From the NCBI GenBank assembly GCA_004379135.1, contig NBNI01000006.1:249160-313159 (forward strand): 64,000 nt of DNA, in the 5' to 3' direction. The first letter of the stretch is position 1. The number at the start of each line of letters is the position of its first letter. The notes below the pieces were generated by a model that was not told the origin of the DNA, searched no databases, and worked only from the letters and a program-made list of their open reading frames with translations. Source of the DNA: Acidimicrobiales bacterium mtb01 (GTDB lineage Bacteria; Actinomycetota; Acidimicrobiia; Acidimicrobiales; Ilumatobacteraceae). This document shows positions 10,290 to 19,521 of the stretch, one piece after another. The position numbers and the translations under genes are program-made.

Positions 10290-10381
10290 TCCTTCGCCGT
10301 CCCGGGTGGTCCGGCGAGCCCAGGGTGACCAAGGGGTGTGTCAGAGAACAGGTGTTCGATTCTCGAACATCACGCAGATCG

Positions 10382-11914
10382 TCACGACGAACTCTTGTCG
10401 CGCAGGTGCCGGCCTATGTACGCCACCACCACTTGCTGCGTCTCGTTGTCGAAGAACACGTGCACGCGATACAGGTTGGCGCCCTTTCCGTTGCGGATGT
10501 GGGCCACCGCGTACTCGGTGCGACCGCGCCAAGTGAACACGTAGTCCTCGGAGAACTTCCGCTCGGCGGTGTCGGAAATTCCACCGGCGTAATTCAGACC
10601 CAGGCTTCGGCAGGAGATGGTGAGCGACGCGTTGTTGATGCGACCGCTCTTCCAGTCCCCCGCCACCACGTCGAGGCGGACCAGATCCTCGAGCAGTCGA
10701 TCGGCGTTGATGCCATCGAGAAGGGCGGCTGTCTCGATGGCGCGCTGGTGAAACGTGAGATGCGTGCACAGATCGCGCGCCTTGGCCACCGCGTCGGATG
10801 CAGACGATGCGCGAAGTTCGGTGCCCCGTTTGCCGAGACGGATCTCGAGGGCGACGTTGCGCTGCACCAGCTGATCGACGAGGCCTTCGCGGTTCTCGAG
10901 CAACTGATTGCGTTCGTCGATGGTGCGATCGGCCTCGGCCAACGCCTGCTCGAGTTCGTCGATGCGGTTGTACGCCTCCTGCCAGCCTTCGAGCGCTGCG
11001 CTGTACTCGTCCCACGGCACCGACTGCTCGGAGACCTCGTTGGTGGCGACGGTCGGGGTCGTTGGGACGACGATCGCCGCCGCGGTCGCGATCGGCTCGA
11101 CCGTCTTCGGTTCGCGCGGGCGGCGAGTGAACGCGGGCGAACGCAACGGCGCCAGCGAGTTGAACGCGGCCTCGTTCACGAGCGCGAGACAATCGCGCAG
11201 TTCGTGTTCAGCTTCGATGGCCGTGACCTTGGAACCGCCCCACTGGCGAACGTCGCGACCGGGCCAGAAGAGAGTGAGACCGCGCGCGTTGAGTACATCG
11301 AGGCCGTAGAGGCCGTGGAACGCCGTACGGGCGGCATCGCCTTCGAGCCTGTACAGATGCGCTTGACCAGCCACACGAAGTCCGATCGACTCGACCTTGT
11401 AGAGCGGCGTACTGCGCGACGGTACGGTCTCCACCAATACGGGCAGCAGTCGACCCTTCGCATCGCAGAACGCCGCCACCTCCTGGGCCGCCATCGACTC
11501 GGATACGAGACGAACGCCCGCGAGCACGCGTTGATTGGCGTCGTACAGCCGAGCGATCTCGAGAACACGGGCCACCAATTTCTGTACCGACGCCGCCGGC
11601 ACGTCGTTGGACGTCGGTGCGATTCGGCGCCCGCCCGGCACGAGGATGACGCGGGCTTCGAACGTGGTGGTCTTCTCGTCACTCGCAATGGTGATCGTGG
11701 TGGTGGCCACCGAATTCCCGGCGAGACCGCGGTCGACCGACATGCGCCACCAGCGTTCGGGCTGATCGTTGTCGACTCGAACCGAGACTCCGGCTTCGCG
11801 TTCCTCGAACGGATGCTCTGCCTCCACCCAATCGGTCACCACCCGACGCACGGCATCGGTCTGTCCGGGCGCCCAAGCCGGTCCATCGAGGCGCATCGCG
11901 TAGACCGGTCGCAT
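10382..11914 (-). CDS. large hypothetical protein with a central coiled coil and a RelE/ParE-like C-terminal signature
   Basis: 510 aa. The composition is protein-like and the antisense + ORF is junk. The coiled coil reads EGWQEAYNRIDELEQALAEADRTIDERNQLLENREGLVDQL. The C-terminus reads YAVAHIRNGKGANLYRVHVFFDNETQQVVVAYIGRHL. I see no Walker or nuclease motifs. Confidence 0.7.
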   Translation of the reverse strand: MRPVYAMRLDGPAWAPGQTDAVRRVVTDWVEAEHPFEEREAGVSVRVDNDQPERWWRMSVDRGLAGNSVATTTITIASDEKTTTFEARVILVPGGRRIAPTSNDVPAASVQKLVARVLEIARLYDANQRVLAGVRLVSESMAAQEVAAFCDAKGRLLPVLVETVPSRSTPLYKVESIGLRVAGQAHLYRLEGDAARTAFHGLYGLDVLNARGLTLFWPGRDVRQWGGSKVTAIEAEHELRDCLALVNEAAFNSLAPLRSPAFTRRPREPKTVEPIATAAAIVVPTTPTVATNEVSEQSVPWDEYSAALEGWQEAYNRIDELEQALAEADRTIDERNQLLENREGLVDQLVQRNVALEIRLGKRGTELRASSASDAVAKARDLCTHLTFHQRAIETAALLDGINADRLLEDLVRLDVVAGDWKSGRINNASLTISCRSLGLNYAGGISDTAERKFSEDYVFTWRGRTEYAVAHIRNGKGANLYRVHVFFDNETQQVVVAYIGRHLRDKSSS

Positions 11915-11959
11915 CCCTCCAGTCTCGCCCCTCGTCCCGGCACCTCCTACCCTCGGAAC

Positions 11960-12412
11960 ATGTTCGATGCCTGGTCAGATGCAACGGCGGAGGCTCTGGT
12001 TCTGGCCAACGCCGCGGCCGCTCTCGTGATGACCGGGCTCATCTGGTTCGTGCAGATCGTCCACTATCCCCTGCTGGCCGGCACACCGGCCGATCGCAGT
12101 ACGGATGTGGCCGCGGAACATCAACGACGCACCTCGTACGTCGTCGCGGTGCCGATGGCGGTCGAAGGCATCACGACTCTCGCGCTCCTCGTCGATCGTC
12201 CGGGCGACGTCGCACTGGTCTGGCCGTGGCTCGGAGCACTTCTCGTCGCGATCGCACTCGGGTCCACCATCTTGTTGTCGGTCCCGCTGCACGCACGCAT
12301 GGCCCTCGCGTTCGATCCGAACACGGGCCCGAGGCTGGTTCTCACCAACTGGCCGCGAACCGTCGCTTGGACACTTCACGGTGTCGTCGGTCTGGTGATG
12401 CTCGCGCCGTAG
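11960..12412 (+). CDS. small polytopic membrane protein (DUF1772-like, tentative)
   Basis: The last 150 aa of ORF 10325..12412, starting at ATG 11960. About four hydrophobic helices. The upstream 545 codons of that ORF are antisense to the 510-aa gene. Confidence 0.6.
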   Translation: MFDAWSDATAEALVLANAAAALVMTGLIWFVQIVHYPLLAGTPADRSTDVAAEHQRRTSYVVAVPMAVEGITTLALLVDRPGDVALVWPWLGALLVAIALGSTILLSVPLHARMALAFDPNTGPRLVLTNWPRTVAWTLHGVVGLVMLAP

Positions 12413-12442
12413 GCTGACGTTCGATCGGGCAGGAGAACGCTC

Positions 12443-14131
12443 ATGGACAATCAGACCGGCGTCGACAGCTCGGGATTCGAAGAACTCGGCCTACGGCCGC
12501 AACTGCTCGCGTCGTTGTCGGCGCTCGGCTATGAGGAGCCCACGCCGATCCAGCGCGAGGCGATCCCTCTCCTCCTACGCGGACACGACCTGCTCGGCCA
12601 GGCGGCTACCGGAACCGGAAAGACCGCCGCCTTCGCGTTGCCGATCCTCGAAAAGATCGACGTAGCGCGATCGAAGCCGGCCCCCTCGGCGCTCGTGCTC
12701 GTTCCCACTCGTGAACTCGCCATGCAGGTGAGCGAGGCCATCTACAAATACGGCCATCAACTCGGTGCCAAGTGCGTTCCCATCTACGGCGGTCAGCCCA
12801 TCGGTCGCCAGATCGACGCATTGCGTCGCGGAACCCACGTGGTCGTCGCGACGCCCGGCCGTGCCCTCGACCACATCCGCAAGGAGACGCTCGAGTTGGG
12901 CGACGTCGAGATGGTCGTCCTCGACGAGGCCGACGAGATGCTCGACATGGGATTCGCCGAAGACCTCGACGCGATCCTCGAATCGCTGCCGGCCGCGCGT
13001 CAAACCGTTCTCTTCTCGGCCACCATGCCGCCGCGCATCGAGAAGATCGCGCGCGAGCATCTGAGCGAACCGGTGCGCGTCACGATCGAACGCAAGGCCA
13101 GCCAGCCCGGCTCCATTCCTCTGGTACGGCAGACCGCGTACATGGTGCCGCGCTTCCACAAGCCTGCCGCACTCGGTCGAATCCTCGATATCGAAGCCCC
13201 TGAAGCCGCAATCGTCTTCTGCCGCACACGCGGTGAAGTCGATCAACTCACCGAGACGCTGAACGGTCGCGGCTACCGAGCCGAGGCCCTCCACGGCGGC
13301 ATGGACCAGGAACAGCGCGACCGTGTGATGGGACGCGTGCGTGCCGGCACCGCCGATCTCTTGATCGCCACCGATGTGGCCGCGCGCGGGCTCGACATCG
13401 AGCACCTCACGCACGTGGTCAACTTCGACGTACCGTCGGCACCCGAGTCGTACGTCCACCGCATCGGCCGCGTGGGTCGGGCCGGTCGCGAGGGCGTGGC
13501 CATCACCATCGCCGAGCCGCGCGAGCAGCGCATGCTCCACAACATCGAACGTCTCACCAAGCAGAAGATCTCGTTCGAGAAGGTTCCGTCGGTCGAGGCT
13601 CTTCGAGCCAAGCAGATGGAACTCACCACGGAGAACGTGCGCGAAGCCCTCGGTCTTCCCGATCTGGTCGCTTTCGACGAAGTGATCGACGAACTCTCCA
13701 AGGAATTCTCCATCACCGACATCGCGCGCGCGGCCATCAAATTGGCGCACGACGCCGAACAGTCGACACTCGAAGAAGTCGAGATCCCCGATCTGTCGGT
13801 CGAGCGGCCCGAACGCGGCGGCAAGCGCGAACGCGACTCGTTCCGTGACCGCGAACACGGCGGCAAGCGCGAGCGTGGCGAACGCTTCAGCGGAAAGACT
13901 TCGCGGCTCTGGGTGTCGGTCGGTCGCAAGTCGGGTGTTCGTCCGGCCGATCTGGTGGGTGCCATCGCCAACGAGAGCGGTGTGCCCGGTCGCGACATCG
14001 GTGTGCGCATCTTCGACTCGCACTCGGTCGTCGAGGTTCCAGCATCTCGCGCCGCGCACGTGATCGACTCGATGCGCAACACCATCATCCGCGGAAAGCG
14101 CGCGACGGTGCGCCACTTCAAGGAGGACTGA
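12443..14131 (+). CDS. DEAD-box ATP-dependent RNA helicase (DeaD/CsdA-like with a DbpA-type C-terminal RNA-binding domain)
   Basis: 562 aa. Q-motif/Walker A AATGTGKT, then DEAD (VLDEADEM), SAT and HRIGRVGRAG motifs. The R/E-rich linker is followed by a C-terminal domain RLWVSVGRKSGVRPADLVGAI. Confidence 0.95.
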   Translation: MDNQTGVDSSGFEELGLRPQLLASLSALGYEEPTPIQREAIPLLLRGHDLLGQAATGTGKTAAFALPILEKIDVARSKPAPSALVLVPTRELAMQVSEAIYKYGHQLGAKCVPIYGGQPIGRQIDALRRGTHVVVATPGRALDHIRKETLELGDVEMVVLDEADEMLDMGFAEDLDAILESLPAARQTVLFSATMPPRIEKIAREHLSEPVRVTIERKASQPGSIPLVRQTAYMVPRFHKPAALGRILDIEAPEAAIVFCRTRGEVDQLTETLNGRGYRAEALHGGMDQEQRDRVMGRVRAGTADLLIATDVAARGLDIEHLTHVVNFDVPSAPESYVHRIGRVGRAGREGVAITIAEPREQRMLHNIERLTKQKISFEKVPSVEALRAKQMELTTENVREALGLPDLVAFDEVIDELSKEFSITDIARAAIKLAHDAEQSTLEEVEIPDLSVERPERGGKRERDSFRDREHGGKRERGERFSGKTSRLWVSVGRKSGVRPADLVGAIANESGVPGRDIGVRIFDSHSVVEVPASRAAHVIDSMRNTIIRGKRATVRHFKED

Positions 14132-14517
14132 TGAGCATCGCCGACGAGCGCTACGTGCTGCTCACCACGTTCCGCAAGGACGGCTCACCGGTGCGGACGC
14201 CGGTCTGGATCGCACCGTTGTCGGGTGGCGAGGCCTGTTTCACCACCAGCGGCGACGCCGGGAAGGTCAAGCGCATCAACCGCACACCCCGGGTTACGCT
14301 CCAACCCTGCGACATGCGCGGTCGAATCAAGGCCGGCGGCACCCCGAGCGAGGGCACGGCCCGCGTGGTCACCGGCCCCGACTTCGCCCCGGTGGAGAAG
14401 GCCGTGGCCAAGAAATACGGCATCCAGTACCGGCTGGTGGTGTGGTCGGGGACCCTGACCTCGTTCTTCAAGCGCACCAAAACCGCCGACGCAGGCATCG
14501 TCATCACTCTCGGCTGA
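14131..14517 (+). CDS. PPOX-class (pyridoxamine-5'-phosphate-oxidase-like) probable F420-dependent protein
   Basis: 128 aa. YVLLTTFRKDGSPVRTPVWIA...GKVKRINRTPRVTLQPCD matches the PPOX F420 family pattern. The start overlaps the helicase stop (ATGA). Confidence 0.8.
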   Translation: MSIADERYVLLTTFRKDGSPVRTPVWIAPLSGGEACFTTSGDAGKVKRINRTPRVTLQPCDMRGRIKAGGTPSEGTARVVTGPDFAPVEKAVAKKYGIQYRLVVWSGTLTSFFKRTKTADAGIVITLG

Positions 14518-14574
14518 CCAGAACTAAGGTCGGTTCGAAGGCCGACCCCACGGCCAACTTGAGGGAGGAAATCC

Positions 14575-15828
14575 ATGCTCAGCAAGACCCGCGGGTCGCT
14601 CGGGCTCGCCCTCGTCGCAGCGCTTGGCATCGGCCTCGTCGCATGCGGCGGTGATGACGAGTCGAGCGAACCGGCAGCAACAGAAGCCCCGGCCGCATCC
14701 GAGGCTCCGGCCGGCAGCGACGCTCCGGCTGGTACCGACGCACCGGCCCAGGGCGCAACGCTCGCCAACTTCACTCCGTGGAGTGCCGACGCACCCGTCA
14801 TCGATTGCCGTCCCGAGGAAGGACCGCTGAAGGCGGCCTGGATCTACGTCGGCCCCACCAACGACGGTGGCTGGACCCAGCAACACGACGCCAGCCGTCA
14901 AGCCGTGCAGGATCACTTCGGTGACGCCGTCGAGACCACCTACAAGGAGAACGTGCCCGAAGGGCCGCAGGTTCTCCAGACCATCGAAGACTTGATCGCC
15001 GACGGCAACACCGTCATCTTCGGAACCTCGTTCGGATTCCAGGATGCGTTCGTCGAGGCCGCCGCCGCTCACCCCGACGTGTGCTTCGAGTTCGCCACCG
15101 GTTACAAGGGTGCCGACAACCTGTCGCAGTTCTATGGCGCCGCCGAGGACACCGACTTCCTCGCCGGGATGGCGGCTGGTGCCGCATCGCCCACCGGCAA
15201 GCTCGGCATGCTCGCCTCGTTCCCCATTGGTGAAGTGCTGCGCGGCGTGAACGCGTGGACCATGGGTGCGCGCATGATGAATCCGGACGCCACCGTCAAT
15301 GTGGTGTGGGTCAACAGCTGGTTCGATCCGCCGAACGAGCGCAAGGCCGCCGAAGCCCTCATCGCCGAAGGCATCGACACATTGGGTCAGAAGGGCATCG
15401 ACTCGCCGGCCACCGGCGACGCCGCCAAGGCTGCCGGTGTTCCGTGGGCGGGCTACAACGCCGACCAGAGCGCCAACTACGGCGACGTGTGGTTGACCGC
15501 AACCGAGTACGACTGGACCGTGTACCAGATCCCGCGTCTGCAGGCCATCCTCGACGGCGCCTGGGTTGCCGGCAACTACTACGGCAACCTGTCGGACGGC
15601 TTCGTCAAACTGGCCACGTTCGGTGACCTCGTGACCGAGGAGACGCGCGCCGCGATCCAGGCCGAACTCGAGAAGCTCACGGCCAAGCCGAACTCTCAGT
15701 TCACTGGTCCGATCAACGACAACAAGGGCAATGAAGTCCTCGCCGCTGGTGTGAGCCACACGTTCGAGGAACTCATGAGCATGGCCTACTTGATCGAAGG
15801 TGTCATCGGAGACATTCCGGCGGGCTGA
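14575..15828 (+). CDS. BMP-family ABC transporter substrate-binding lipoprotein
   Basis: 417 aa. The lipobox is LVACGGDD. Basic-membrane-protein family similarity is seen in FGTSFGFQDA and GYKGADNLSQFYG. GAGGGAGG lies upstream. Confidence 0.85.
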   Translation: MLSKTRGSLGLALVAALGIGLVACGGDDESSEPAATEAPAASEAPAGSDAPAGTDAPAQGATLANFTPWSADAPVIDCRPEEGPLKAAWIYVGPTNDGGWTQQHDASRQAVQDHFGDAVETTYKENVPEGPQVLQTIEDLIADGNTVIFGTSFGFQDAFVEAAAAHPDVCFEFATGYKGADNLSQFYGAAEDTDFLAGMAAGAASPTGKLGMLASFPIGEVLRGVNAWTMGARMMNPDATVNVVWVNSWFDPPNERKAAEALIAEGIDTLGQKGIDSPATGDAAKAAGVPWAGYNADQSANYGDVWLTATEYDWTVYQIPRLQAILDGAWVAGNYYGNLSDGFVKLATFGDLVTEETRAAIQAELEKLTAKPNSQFTGPINDNKGNEVLAAGVSHTFEELMSMAYLIEGVIGDIPAG

Positions 15829-15854
15829 CGCTCAACGTCGCAAGAAGTGCGTAG

Positions 15855-15887
15855 GGACGGGCCCGCAAGGGCCCGTCCTTCGTTTTT
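15855..15887 (+). terminator. intrinsic terminator/attenuator between the substrate-binding gene and the ATPase gene
   Basis: The stem ggacgggccc / gggcccgtcc encloses a GCAA loop and is followed by ttcgttttt. Confidence 0.75.
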
Positions 15888-15938
15888 ACGGGGCGTGCCG
15901 TTCGGCCATCTAGGGTTGAAGCGGAAGGGGGCACCGCA

Positions 15939-17465
15939 ATGAAGTCTGCTGTGCGCATGACGGGGATCGTGAAACGTTTTCCCGGGGTCGTGGCCAATGA
16001 CGGTGTCGACGTCGACATCCGTGCCGGCGAGGTGCACGCGCTTCTCGGTGAGAACGGAGCGGGCAAGTCCACCCTCTCGAACATCCTCACCGGCTTGTAC
16101 CGACCCGACGACGGCACGGTCGAGATCGATGGACACCCGATGCAGTTCTCGTCGCCGCGCGATGCCCTCGAAGCCGGAATCGGCATGGTGCATCAGCACT
16201 TCCGCCTCGTCTCCACGTTCACGGTTGCCGAGAACGTCGTGCTCGGCGAACCCGACTCGCCGTTCATGATGGACGCCGCCCGGGTGGCCCAGCAGGTGAA
16301 GGAGTTGAGCGACCGCTACGGACTCGCGGTCGATCCATCCGCACGCATCTGGCAGTTGAGCGTGGGCGAGCAGCAGCGCGTCGAGATCATCAAGGTCCTC
16401 TACCGCGGCGCCAAGGTTCTCATCCTCGACGAACCCACCGCGGTCCTCACCCCCATCGAGGCCGATGCACTCTTCAAGACCTTGCGGGCCATGGTCGCCG
16501 AAGGTCGAACGGTCATCTTCATCTCGCACAAACTCGACGAGGTCATAAAGGTGAGTGATCGCGTGACCGTGCTGCGCGGTGGCAAGACGGTCGGAACGGT
16601 CGAGACCGCCAGCACCAACACGCGCGAATTGGCCAGCCTCATGGTCGGACGCTCGGTCGAGTTCAATCGCATCGTGCGCTCCAACCCGGCCGACGTCGCC
16701 CACACGGTGCTCACGCTCGACGGTGTGTCGGCCCGCGACGATCGCGGTCGCGAAGCGCTCCACGACATTTCGCTCATGGTCGGTCGGGGCGAGATCGTCG
16801 GCGTGGCCGGCGTGGCCGGCAACGGCCAACGCGAGCTCGCCGAGGTGATTTCCGGAATGCGCCCGCTGTCGACGGGCCGCATCGACGTCGCCGGTGAATC
16901 CGTGCAGTCGGGGCGCGCGCGATCGGCCATCGCCAAGGGGATCGCCCACATCCCCGAGGACCGTCTGCACACCGGACTCGCGTCGTCGCATTCGGTCGAA
17001 GACAACCTGGCCCTCAAGAACTACCGATCGAGCAGTCTTTCGAAGTTCCGAGTACTTCGTCGCAAGGCCATTCGCGCCCAGGCCGCCGACCTCGTTCGGA
17101 GCTACGACGTGAAGACACCCGACACCGTGACACCGGTGCGTCTCTTGTCGGGCGGGAACGTCCAGAAGGTTCTTCTCGCGCGCGAGTTCTCCTCGCTGCC
17201 CAAGGTGCTCATCGCCGCCTCCCCCACGCGGGGTCTCGACGTCGGTGCCATCGAGACCGTTCGCGCACGTCTGGTCGAAGCGGCCGAACGCGGCGTCGGC
17301 ATCCTCCTCATCAGCGAAGATCTCGACGAGATCATGTCGCTGGCCGATCGCATCGTGGTGATGTACGAAGGTCGGCTCGTCGACGAGGTCGCGGCCGAAG
17401 CAGCCGACCGCGAACGACTGGGCCTCACGATGGGCGGGAGCACCGTGAGCGGAGGTGCGCGGTGA
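15939..17465 (+). CDS. ABC transporter ATP-binding protein with duplicated ATPase domains
   Basis: 508 aa. Two nucleotide-binding domains: GENGAGKST plus LSVGEQQRVEI, and VAGNGQREL plus LSGGNVQKVLLAR. Confidence 0.92.
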   Translation: MKSAVRMTGIVKRFPGVVANDGVDVDIRAGEVHALLGENGAGKSTLSNILTGLYRPDDGTVEIDGHPMQFSSPRDALEAGIGMVHQHFRLVSTFTVAENVVLGEPDSPFMMDAARVAQQVKELSDRYGLAVDPSARIWQLSVGEQQRVEIIKVLYRGAKVLILDEPTAVLTPIEADALFKTLRAMVAEGRTVIFISHKLDEVIKVSDRVTVLRGGKTVGTVETASTNTRELASLMVGRSVEFNRIVRSNPADVAHTVLTLDGVSARDDRGREALHDISLMVGRGEIVGVAGVAGNGQRELAEVISGMRPLSTGRIDVAGESVQSGRARSAIAKGIAHIPEDRLHTGLASSHSVEDNLALKNYRSSSLSKFRVLRRKAIRAQAADLVRSYDVKTPDTVTPVRLLSGGNVQKVLLAREFSSLPKVLIAASPTRGLDVGAIETVRARLVEAAERGVGILLISEDLDEIMSLADRIVVMYEGRLVDEVAAEAADRERLGLTMGGSTVSGGAR

Positions 17466-18565
17466 GGTCGCCGATTCGGTTCGAGCGACGGCTCGAGCAG
17501 CCGAAGTGGCTCAACTGGGCCATTCCGGTCGTGTCCCTGATCGCGGCTCTCGTGCTCGGGGCCATCGTTCTTCTGGCTACCGGCAAGAACCCGCTCGATG
17601 TGTACGGCCGTATCTTCGAACGCGGCTTCGCCGGAACGCGCGCATTGTCCGGCTCCATCAAAACGGCCACCCCGCTCGCGTTCACCGGCTTGTGCGCCGC
17701 CATCGCGTTCCGCATGGGGCTCATCAACATCGGCGGTGAGGGCCAGTTCTACATGGGAGCCGTCGGGGCGACCTGGGCCGGCCTCGCATTCGGCGGCGAC
17801 CTCCCCACCGGTGCCGTGGTGATCGTCATGGCCCTCAGTGGCATGGTCTGCGGCGGCCTCTACGCCGCGATCGTCGGCGTCCTGCGGGCCAAGTTCAACA
17901 CCAACGAGATCATCACGTCGCTGATGATGAACTACCTCGCCGCCATCTTCCTCAACTACCTCATCTACAACTCCACGTCGTATTGGCGTGACCCCGAGTC
18001 GCGCAACTTCCCGGCCGGCAAACCCATCTCCGACCGCGCCGACTGGAACTTCTACGAGATCGGCGGAATCAAGATCCCACTCGCGTTCCTCATCGCCATC
18101 CTCGCCGCGGCCGCGATCTGGGTCCTCTACAAGCGCACGCGTTTCGGCTTCGAGGTCGGAGTGATCGCCGATTCACCGAAGGCCGCGCGTTACGCCGGTA
18201 TCCGCACCACCTCCACCATCGTGATCGTCCTCGCCTTGTCGGGAGCCCTGGCCGGTCTCGGCGGCGCGGCCGACGTGGGCAACTTCCGCGGACTTCTCGA
18301 CTCCAAGGGTCTGCAGATGTCGGGCTACGGCTACACCGGAATCGTGGTGGCCGCGCTGGCCCGACTGAACCCGATCTCCACACTCGTCGTGGCAGTTCTC
18401 ATCGGCGGACTCACCAACGCCGGCTTCGCCCTCCAGGGCCCCGACTTTCCGAGCGGGCTCGTGGGAACCCTGCAGGGCCTCATTCTGTTCACGGCGGTCG
18501 CGGGCGAAGTGCTCGTGAAGTACCGAATCAGACGCAATCGTCGAATCGCGGCGGTGGCGGCATGA
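17462..18565 (+). CDS. ABC transporter permease
   Basis: 367 aa, polytopic. The start overlaps the upstream stop by 4 nt. Confidence 0.88.
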   Translation: MRSPIRFERRLEQPKWLNWAIPVVSLIAALVLGAIVLLATGKNPLDVYGRIFERGFAGTRALSGSIKTATPLAFTGLCAAIAFRMGLINIGGEGQFYMGAVGATWAGLAFGGDLPTGAVVIVMALSGMVCGGLYAAIVGVLRAKFNTNEIITSLMMNYLAAIFLNYLIYNSTSYWRDPESRNFPAGKPISDRADWNFYEIGGIKIPLAFLIAILAAAAIWVLYKRTRFGFEVGVIADSPKAARYAGIRTTSTIVIVLALSGALAGLGGAADVGNFRGLLDSKGLQMSGYGYTGIVVAALARLNPISTLVVAVLIGGLTNAGFALQGPDFPSGLVGTLQGLILFTAVAGEVLVKYRIRRNRRIAAVAA

Positions 18566-19521
18566 ATAGCAACATCTTCGTCATCATCGCGTCGTCGGCG
18601 ATCTTCTACGGGACGCCATTGTTCTTCGCGGCCCTGGGCGGCATCTTCACCGAACGCAGCGGAGTTCTCAACCTCGGTGTCGAGGGCACGATGCTCCTCG
18701 GCGGCGTCACCGGCGCCTGGGCGTCGCAGCACGTGCCGGGCTCGGCGTGGTTCACCGTGCTCGCCGCCATCATCATCGGCATGGCAGCCGGAGCGCTCAC
18801 GTCCACTCTGCTCGCGTTCCTGTGCGTGACGCTGCGCACCAACCAGACGGTGGCCGGTCTGGCCATCACGATCTTCGCGGGTGGCGTTGGTCTGTCGAGT
18901 TACTTCGCCAACGTCTGGAAGGTGGCCGAAGCACCGGTCGACCGACAGGTACGACGGCTCGACGTGCTGGGTTGGGCCGATGTTCCCGTGCTCGGCCCGA
19001 TCCTCTTCAACCAGACGATCCTCACGTATCTGTCGTGGGTCATGGTGGTGCTGGCGAGCATCTACTTGTTCCGCACGCGGTTCGGACTGCAATTGCGCGC
19101 CGTCGGCGAGTCGCCCCAGACCGCCGACGCGATGGGAATCAACGTCGTGAAGTACCGCTACCTGCACACGATCCTGGGCGGGGCCCTGGCCGGACTCGGC
19201 GGCGTGTACTACAGCCTGGCCATCGTTCCCACGTGGGTGGACGGCATGACCAAGGGAGCCGGCTGGATCGCCATCGCCCTCGTGATCTTCGGCTTCTGGC
19301 GACCGAGCATCACGTTGATCGGCGCGTACCTGTTCGGCGCGTTGCAGTCGCTGAGCTCCACTCTCAAGGCGCGCAACGTGCAGATCAGCGGCGACGTTCT
19401 GGATGCTCTTCCGTTCTTCATGACCATCGTGGTACTCGTCCTCGTGTCGACCCGCTTCGCCCACCGCCGCCTCGGCGCACCGGCGGCGCTCGGTGTCCCC
19501 TACGAGCGCGAAGAACGATGA
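18562..19521 (+). CDS. ABC transporter permease
   Basis: 319 aa, polytopic. The start overlaps the upstream stop by 4 nt. Confidence 0.88.
   Translation: MNSNIFVIIASSAIFYGTPLFFAALGGIFTERSGVLNLGVEGTMLLGGVTGAWASQHVPGSAWFTVLAAIIIGMAAGALTSTLLAFLCVTLRTNQTVAGLAITIFAGGVGLSSYFANVWKVAEAPVDRQVRRLDVLGWADVPVLGPILFNQTILTYLSWVMVVLASIYLFRTRFGLQLRAVGESPQTADAMGINVVKYRYLHTILGGALAGLGGVYYSLAIVPTWVDGMTKGAGWIAIALVIFGFWRPSITLIGAYLFGALQSLSSTLKARNVQISGDVLDALPFFMTIVVLVLVSTRFAHRRLGAPAALGVPYEREER

Noticed and set aside
10325-11959. The first 545 codons of the 695-aa plus-strand ORF 10325..12412
   Set aside because: It is antisense to the 510-aa gene, with an R/G/H/D-rich junk composition. Only the last 150 codons (from ATG 11960) look like a real membrane protein.
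14524-19464. Long minus-strand ORFs 14524..15759, 15786..16991 and 18331..19464
   Set aside because: They are antisense to the clearly homologous ABC transporter genes and have a G/R/D/H-rich composition with no motifs.
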